Shown here one piece after another: positions 59,474 through 64,000 of a DNA stretch of 64,000 nt. The notes below the pieces were generated by a model. That model ran no database searches. It had not been told where the DNA came from and saw only the letters and a list, made by a program, of their open reading frames with translations. Position 1 is the first letter of the stretch, and every line of letters starts with the position of its first letter. This DNA is from an uncultured Gammaproteobacteria bacterium (GTDB lineage Bacteria; Patescibacteriota; Patescibacteriia; Magasanikbacterales; UBA922), in contig CAZTEU010000001.1 in NCBI GenBank assembly GCA_964612105.1, forward strand, positions 4,047 to 68,046, given 5' to 3'. The position numbers were made by a program, and so were the translations under genes.

Positions 59474-60253
59474 ATGTTATTTAGTGTAAAAGCAGAACAA
59501 GCACCCATAAGACCAGAGACAATTTTTAATATCGGATCTCTAGATATAACAAACGCAATGATTTTGGGTGTAATAATAACAATTGGTTTTACATTTTTTT
59601 CCCTGTACATAAGAAAAAGAAGAAAACTTGTACCATCAAAATTTCAGACTATATTAGAAATTACAGTACAAAGCTTTCTCAATTTATTAGAACAGATTGC
59701 TGGATCAAAAAAAGCAGCAAGGACACTTCTTCCACTTGTAGGGACAATATTCTTGTTTTTTGGTGTTTCAAACCTTATAGGATTAATTCCGGGTGTTACA
59801 GCTTTCACATACAATGGAGCACCTTTGCTTAGAACACCTACAAATGATTTCAACATGACATTTAGTATTGCTCTTGCTATGATTATACTTACACAGGTTG
59901 TGAGTATTAAGGAATTTGGACTTTTTGGGCACCTTGGTAAGTTTATTAAAGTGAAAGAAGTTATAGTTGGGTTTAGGCATGGGTTTAAAAGTGGAATAAT
60001 GTCTATTGTAGATTTTGTTCTAGGGTTACTGGATATAATTTCAGAAATTGCAAAAGTGTTCTCACTTTCGCTAAGGCTGTTTGGAAATATGTATGCTGGA
60101 GAAGTGTTGATGGTTGTTCTACTGGGAGCATTTGCAGTTGCTGTGCCAAGTATTTGGTTAGCTATGAACCTACTTGTGGGAGTATTGCAGGCAATGGTAT
60201 TTGGAGCACTTACAGCTGCGTATTATGGACTGGCTGTACAAAAAATGGAGTAA
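59474..60253 (+). CDS. atpB: ATP synthase Fo subunit a (copy 2)
   Basis: NLIGLIPG, PTND, SLSLRLFGNMYAGE, LQAMVF. Confidence 0.95.
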   Translation: MLFSVKAEQAPIRPETIFNIGSLDITNAMILGVIITIGFTFFSLYIRKRRKLVPSKFQTILEITVQSFLNLLEQIAGSKKAARTLLPLVGTIFLFFGVSNLIGLIPGVTAFTYNGAPLLRTPTNDFNMTFSIALAMIILTQVVSIKEFGLFGHLGKFIKVKEVIVGFRHGFKSGIMSIVDFVLGLLDIISEIAKVFSLSLRLFGNMYAGEVLMVVLLGAFAVAVPSIWLAMNLLVGVLQAMVFGALTAAYYGLAVQKME

Positions 60254-60284
60254 ATAAATTTAACTTAATTAATAATATAAATAT

Positions 60285-60500
60285 ATGGAAGTAGAAGCAG
60301 CACACCTTATCGCAAAAGGGCTTTGTACAATTACCATGGGAGGTTCTGGTATTGGTGAGGGATACCTCATAGGAAAGGCTTTAGAAGCTATTGGACGAAA
60401 CCCTAAAGTAGAGGGTAATATATTTCCAAAGATGTTTATTGGAGTTGCATTAGCAGAGTCCACTGCTATTTACGCTCTAGTTGCATTCTTTATTATCTAA
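60285..60500 (+). CDS. atpE: ATP synthase Fo subunit c (copy 2, Na+-type signature)
   Basis: GIGEG, GRNP, LAESTAIY. Confidence 0.93.
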   Translation: MEVEAAHLIAKGLCTITMGGSGIGEGYLIGKALEAIGRNPKVEGNIFPKMFIGVALAESTAIYALVAFFII

Positions 60501-60557
60501 AGTAGATTGTGTAGCCCTGGCGCTCAGGGCCACATAGATGTATAGTAGATAATCAAT

Positions 60558-61061
60558 ATGCAGTTTATATTAGAAAACTTAGGAAAAATAGGATTTGAGT
60601 GGAAAATGGCTCTTTTTAACCTTGTAAACTTCCTTATTCTTTTTTGGATACTTAAGAGGTATTTCTTCAAGCCAATTGTTGCTACAATAGACGAAAGACA
60701 GGCAAAGGCTAAAGAGAGTATGGATAATTTCCAAAGAGCCAAGACAGAACTTCAGTTAGCTGAGAAGAGGGCACAAGATATTGTAGATGAGGCAAAAGTC
60801 GAATCGAACAAGATAATTTCCAAATCACATGATGATGGAAAAGAACTTGGTCAGAATTTGCGTTTGCGTGCTAAAGAGGAGATTGAAAAGGTGATTGATC
60901 AGGCTAAACAAAATATAGAGGTAGATAGAAAGAAAATGAGAGAGGAGCTAAAAAAAGAGACTGCTGGACTTGTGGTTTCTGCTGTAGAAAAAGTAATTGA
61001 TACAAAATTAGATAAAAAAAGTGATGAAAAGATTGTAAAAGAAGCAATAGTGCAACTATAA
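60558..61061 (+). CDS. atpF: ATP synthase Fo subunit b (copy 2)
   Basis: NLVNFLIL...KPI..IDER, coiled coil. Confidence 0.92.
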   Translation: MQFILENLGKIGFEWKMALFNLVNFLILFWILKRYFFKPIVATIDERQAKAKESMDNFQRAKTELQLAEKRAQDIVDEAKVESNKIISKSHDDGKELGQNLRLRAKEEIEKVIDQAKQNIEVDRKKMREELKKETAGLVVSAVEKVIDTKLDKKSDEKIVKEAIVQL

Positions 61062-61062
61062 T

Positions 61063-61452
61063 ATGCCAAAGTTAATCCCCCAACAATATGCTAAACTACT
61101 GTATGGACTAACCAAAGGTCTTGAGGGGAAGAAACTGGATAGTGCTGTGAGGGTTTTTGCGGACTACCTTAAAAAGGAACAGTCATTATCTAAAGTGGAT
61201 TACATCTTAAAACACTTTGAATCTTACGCAAAAGAAAAGGAAGGAATAACTCAGATTAGTATTACAGGAGCTAGGAAATTGTCTACTGAATCAGTTGATG
61301 AAATTAAAAAATCGTTTGGAAAGAACGTAGAAACTGTTACCGGCACCGATAAATCGTTAATAGGTGGAGTTATAGTCAGAACAAAAAACACTATTTTAGA
61401 TGGAAGTATAAGAACCCAATTACAAAATCTTAAAAGAAAAATGTCTAAATAA
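61063..61452 (+). CDS. atpH: ATP synthase F1 subunit delta
   Basis: QYAKLL; D.SLIGGVIV...ILDGSI. Confidence 0.88.
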   Translation: MPKLIPQQYAKLLYGLTKGLEGKKLDSAVRVFADYLKKEQSLSKVDYILKHFESYAKEKEGITQISITGARKLSTESVDEIKKSFGKNVETVTGTDKSLIGGVIVRTKNTILDGSIRTQLQNLKRKMSK

Positions 61453-62948
61453 TGCATATGTCATATACAGATACAGTGATCAGCGCACTTAAAAAGCACA
61501 TAGACGAATTTAAAAGCGACGTGAATATAGAGGAAGTAGGTACAGTCATGGAAGTTAAGGATGGTATTGCAAGAGTAGATGGACTAACAAGTTGTCAATC
61601 GCAAGAAATGCTAGAGTTTCCGGGAGGGACGCACGGAATTGCTCTTAACCTAGAGGAAGAAACAGTTGGTGCTGTTATATTAGGACCTTTTTCACACATT
61701 AAAGAAGGGGACACAGTAAAAAGAACGAAGAAAATCATGTCTGTACCTGTTGGAGACGCTTTAATTGGAAGGGTTGTTAACTCACTTGGACAGGCTATAG
61801 ATGGGGAGGGTGATATAAAAACAAACGAATCCGCACCAATTGAAAAAGTTGCTCCTGGTGTAATGACACGTGAACCTGTTAATCGTCCATTACAGACCGG
61901 TGTTAAAGCAATCGATGCTCTAATTCCAATTGGACGAGGACAACGTGAACTTATTATTGGGGATCGTCAGACAGGAAAAACAGCGATTGCAATAGATACA
62001 ATTCTTAATCAAAAAGGACAAGATGTAATTTGTATATATGTTGCTGTAGGTCAGAAAGAGTCTAAGGTTGCTCGCCTTGTTGCTAAACTAAAAGAGGGTG
62101 GAGCCATGGATTACACGACAGTTGTTGTTGCAGGTGCATCAGAACCAGCCCCTATGAGTTATATTGCTCCATATTCTGGTGTTACAATGGCAGAATACTT
62201 CTCAGGAAAAGGAAAAGATGTATTAATAATTTATGATGATTTAACACGTCAGGCATGGGCATATCGTGAAATGTCATTACTATTACGTCGTCCACCAGGA
62301 CGTGAGGCATATCCAGGTGATGTTTTTTATCTTCACTCTAGACTTTTAGAACGTGCATGTAACCTAAATGAAGAAAATGGTGGTGGTTCTATTACAGCTC
62401 TACCTATTATAGAAACACAGGGTGGTGATATTTCTGCATATATTCCTACAAACGTAATTTCCATTACAGACGGACAAATCTTTCTAGAAACAGACCTATT
62501 CTATCGTGGAATTAGACCAGCGCTAAATGTTGGACTTTCTGTGTCTCGTGTTGGTGGTTCTGCTCAGATTAAGCCAATGAAAAAAGTAGCTGGAAGTATG
62601 AAACTTGCACTAGCTCAGTTTAGAGAATTAGAAGCATTTGCTCAGTTTGCAAGTGATTTGGATGCAGAAACTAAGTCACAGATTGACAGGGGGCGTAGAA
62701 TTACAGAGATGTTAAAACAGCCACAGTACGAACCATTACCTGTAGAACAGCAGGTTGCTTCAATTTTTGCTGTAGATAGGGGCTACTTTGATGATATAGA
62801 TGTTAATGATGTAACAAAGAAAGAGGCTGAGTTTATTTCATTTATGACAAAAAGCAAAGGAAAACTACTAGAGAAAATTTCCTCTGGAGAATGGGATGAG
62901 AAAGTGGAGACAGAACTTAAATCAGCCTGTGAAGAATTCAAGAAATAG
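61452..62948 (+). CDS. atpA: ATP synthase F1 subunit alpha
   Basis: [30 protein letters not shown]. Confidence 0.98.
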   Translation: MHMSYTDTVISALKKHIDEFKSDVNIEEVGTVMEVKDGIARVDGLTSCQSQEMLEFPGGTHGIALNLEEETVGAVILGPFSHIKEGDTVKRTKKIMSVPVGDALIGRVVNSLGQAIDGEGDIKTNESAPIEKVAPGVMTREPVNRPLQTGVKAIDALIPIGRGQRELIIGDRQTGKTAIAIDTILNQKGQDVICIYVAVGQKESKVARLVAKLKEGGAMDYTTVVVAGASEPAPMSYIAPYSGVTMAEYFSGKGKDVLIIYDDLTRQAWAYREMSLLLRRPPGREAYPGDVFYLHSRLLERACNLNEENGGGSITALPIIETQGGDISAYIPTNVISITDGQIFLETDLFYRGIRPALNVGLSVSRVGGSAQIKPMKKVAGSMKLALAQFRELEAFAQFASDLDAETKSQIDRGRRITEMLKQPQYEPLPVEQQVASIFAVDRGYFDDIDVNDVTKKEAEFISFMTKSKGKLLEKISSGEWDEKVETELKSACEEFKK

Positions 62949-62960
62949 CCTTTCTTAATT

Positions 62961-63920
62961 ATGGCAGTTAATACAAAAGCAATTAAGAGACGTATAAAAT
63001 CTGTTACAAACACCAAGAAAATTACAAAGGCTATGGAGATGGTGTCAGCAGCAAAAATGCGTAAATCAGTAGACGCAACACTCAATACTAGAGTGTATGC
63101 AATGCTTGGTCGTGAGCTTTTGGAAAAACTATCTGGACTGCACGGAGGCGGAAATGCACCACTTCTAGAGGTGCGCTCTGTACAAAATGTTCTCGTTGTT
63201 GTAATAACATCAAACAGAGGACTTTGTGGGAGTTTTAACACAAATGTTACAAAGAGGGCGCAGAAATTAATATCTGAAATAAAAGATTTTGCTGCGCAGA
63301 CAACTGAAGATGGTGAGACGCTAGAACCCAAAGGAAAAATAAATGTAAAAGTAGTAGGTCTTGGAAAGAAAAGTGTGGGATTTGCAAAAAGAAATGAGCT
63401 AGAGCTTGTTGGTGTTTTTGATGAACTCAGAGAGAAGCCGGACTTTGATGATATCTTACCTATCACAAAAATAATGATGGATGGCTATAAGGAAGGCACA
63501 TACGACAAGGTTTTTGTTGTATATACGGACTATGTTTCAAGTATTGTACAGGAAACTAAAATTAGACAACTATTACCACTAAAAAAGCAACATATTGATG
63601 AGATGATTAAAGAACTCGGTAAAAACGAGGAGGAAAAGGAAATTCTTGATGACTTTCATATTGACACAGCAATATTAGAGCCAAGAATAGACGATATTAT
63701 AAATATTGTTATACCAAGATTGGTTGAGATACAGTTATACCAATCAATATTGGAAAGCGCAGCTAGTGAACACAGTGCTCGTATGCTTGCTATGAAAAGC
63801 GCAAGCGAAGCTGCAGAAGAAATGATAGACTCACTAACACTAACATACAACAAAGGTCGACAAGCAGCAATTACACAGGAAATTGCAGAAATAGCTGGTG
63901 GGGCAGCTGCTCTAGAATAA
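62961..63920 (+). CDS. atpG: ATP synthase F1 subunit gamma
   Basis: KITKAMEMV, RGLCG.FN, RQAAITQEI. Confidence 0.97.
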   Translation: MAVNTKAIKRRIKSVTNTKKITKAMEMVSAAKMRKSVDATLNTRVYAMLGRELLEKLSGLHGGGNAPLLEVRSVQNVLVVVITSNRGLCGSFNTNVTKRAQKLISEIKDFAAQTTEDGETLEPKGKINVKVVGLGKKSVGFAKRNELELVGVFDELREKPDFDDILPITKIMMDGYKEGTYDKVFVVYTDYVSSIVQETKIRQLLPLKKQHIDEMIKELGKNEEEKEILDDFHIDTAILEPRIDDIINIVIPRLVEIQLYQSILESAASEHSARMLAMKSASEAAEEMIDSLTLTYNKGRQAAITQEIAEIAGGAAALE

Positions 63921-63986
63921 TTTGGCGCTTGACACCTGGTAAATTTTATCAGATGTTAATCGCTAAAATGTTAAATAATAATGATT

Positions 63987-64000
63987 ATGAATAAAGGAAA
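63987..64000 (+). CDS. Probable start of ATP synthase beta subunit (truncated by window)
   Basis: ATG AAT AAA GGA (MNKG) after atpG; position only. Confidence 0.35.

Noticed and set aside
58480-61061. Two atpF genes as a simple b/b' heterodimer
   Set aside because: atpI, atpB and atpE are also duplicated and a promoter separates the sets, so these are two modules.
62783-63466. 227-aa minus-strand ORF
   Set aside because: Antisense shadow of atpA/atpG.
1-64000. UGA recoding (genetic code 25)
   Set aside because: Conserved genes are full length under code 11, and TGA ends several genes at ATGA overlaps (e.g. 24816, 52316, 17316).

Overview
AT-rich (roughly 35% GC by eye), gene-dense bacterial chromosome segment. 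Gene content and style (split ComEC, archaeal-type PyrH, Elp3, helicase-degenerate PriA, near-leaderless core genes, tRNAs lacking encoded CCA) suggest a Patescibacteria/CPR organism; this is an inference. Mostly housekeeping: leuS, pyrH, cls, tsaE, glyA, rpmG, ung, metK, uppP, gpsA, cca, hrcA-grpE-hsp20-dnaK-dnaJ, def-fmt, priA, rsmI, metG, tatD, tRNA-Trp, tRNA-Val. Main oddities: (1) an ATP synthase locus with two complete tandem Fo modules (I-a-c-b twice) ahead of one visible set of F1 genes, where c1 lacks and c2 carries the Na+-binding signature; (2) a head-to-head Elp3 + Trm9-like pair implying eukaryote/archaea-type mcm5U34 tRNA modification; (3) a mraY / ATE1-like transferase / Mpl-like ligase operon beside an unannotated LysW-like carrier and a PLP enzyme; (4) about seven GC-rich, hairpin-rich islets, most with their own promoter and terminator, including two unassigned structured ncRNA candidates, one containing an aberrant ACA-anticodon tRNA and a mini tRNA-like domain; (5) a structured, terminator-containing metK leader. 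All calls come from reading motifs by eye; no database searches were run.
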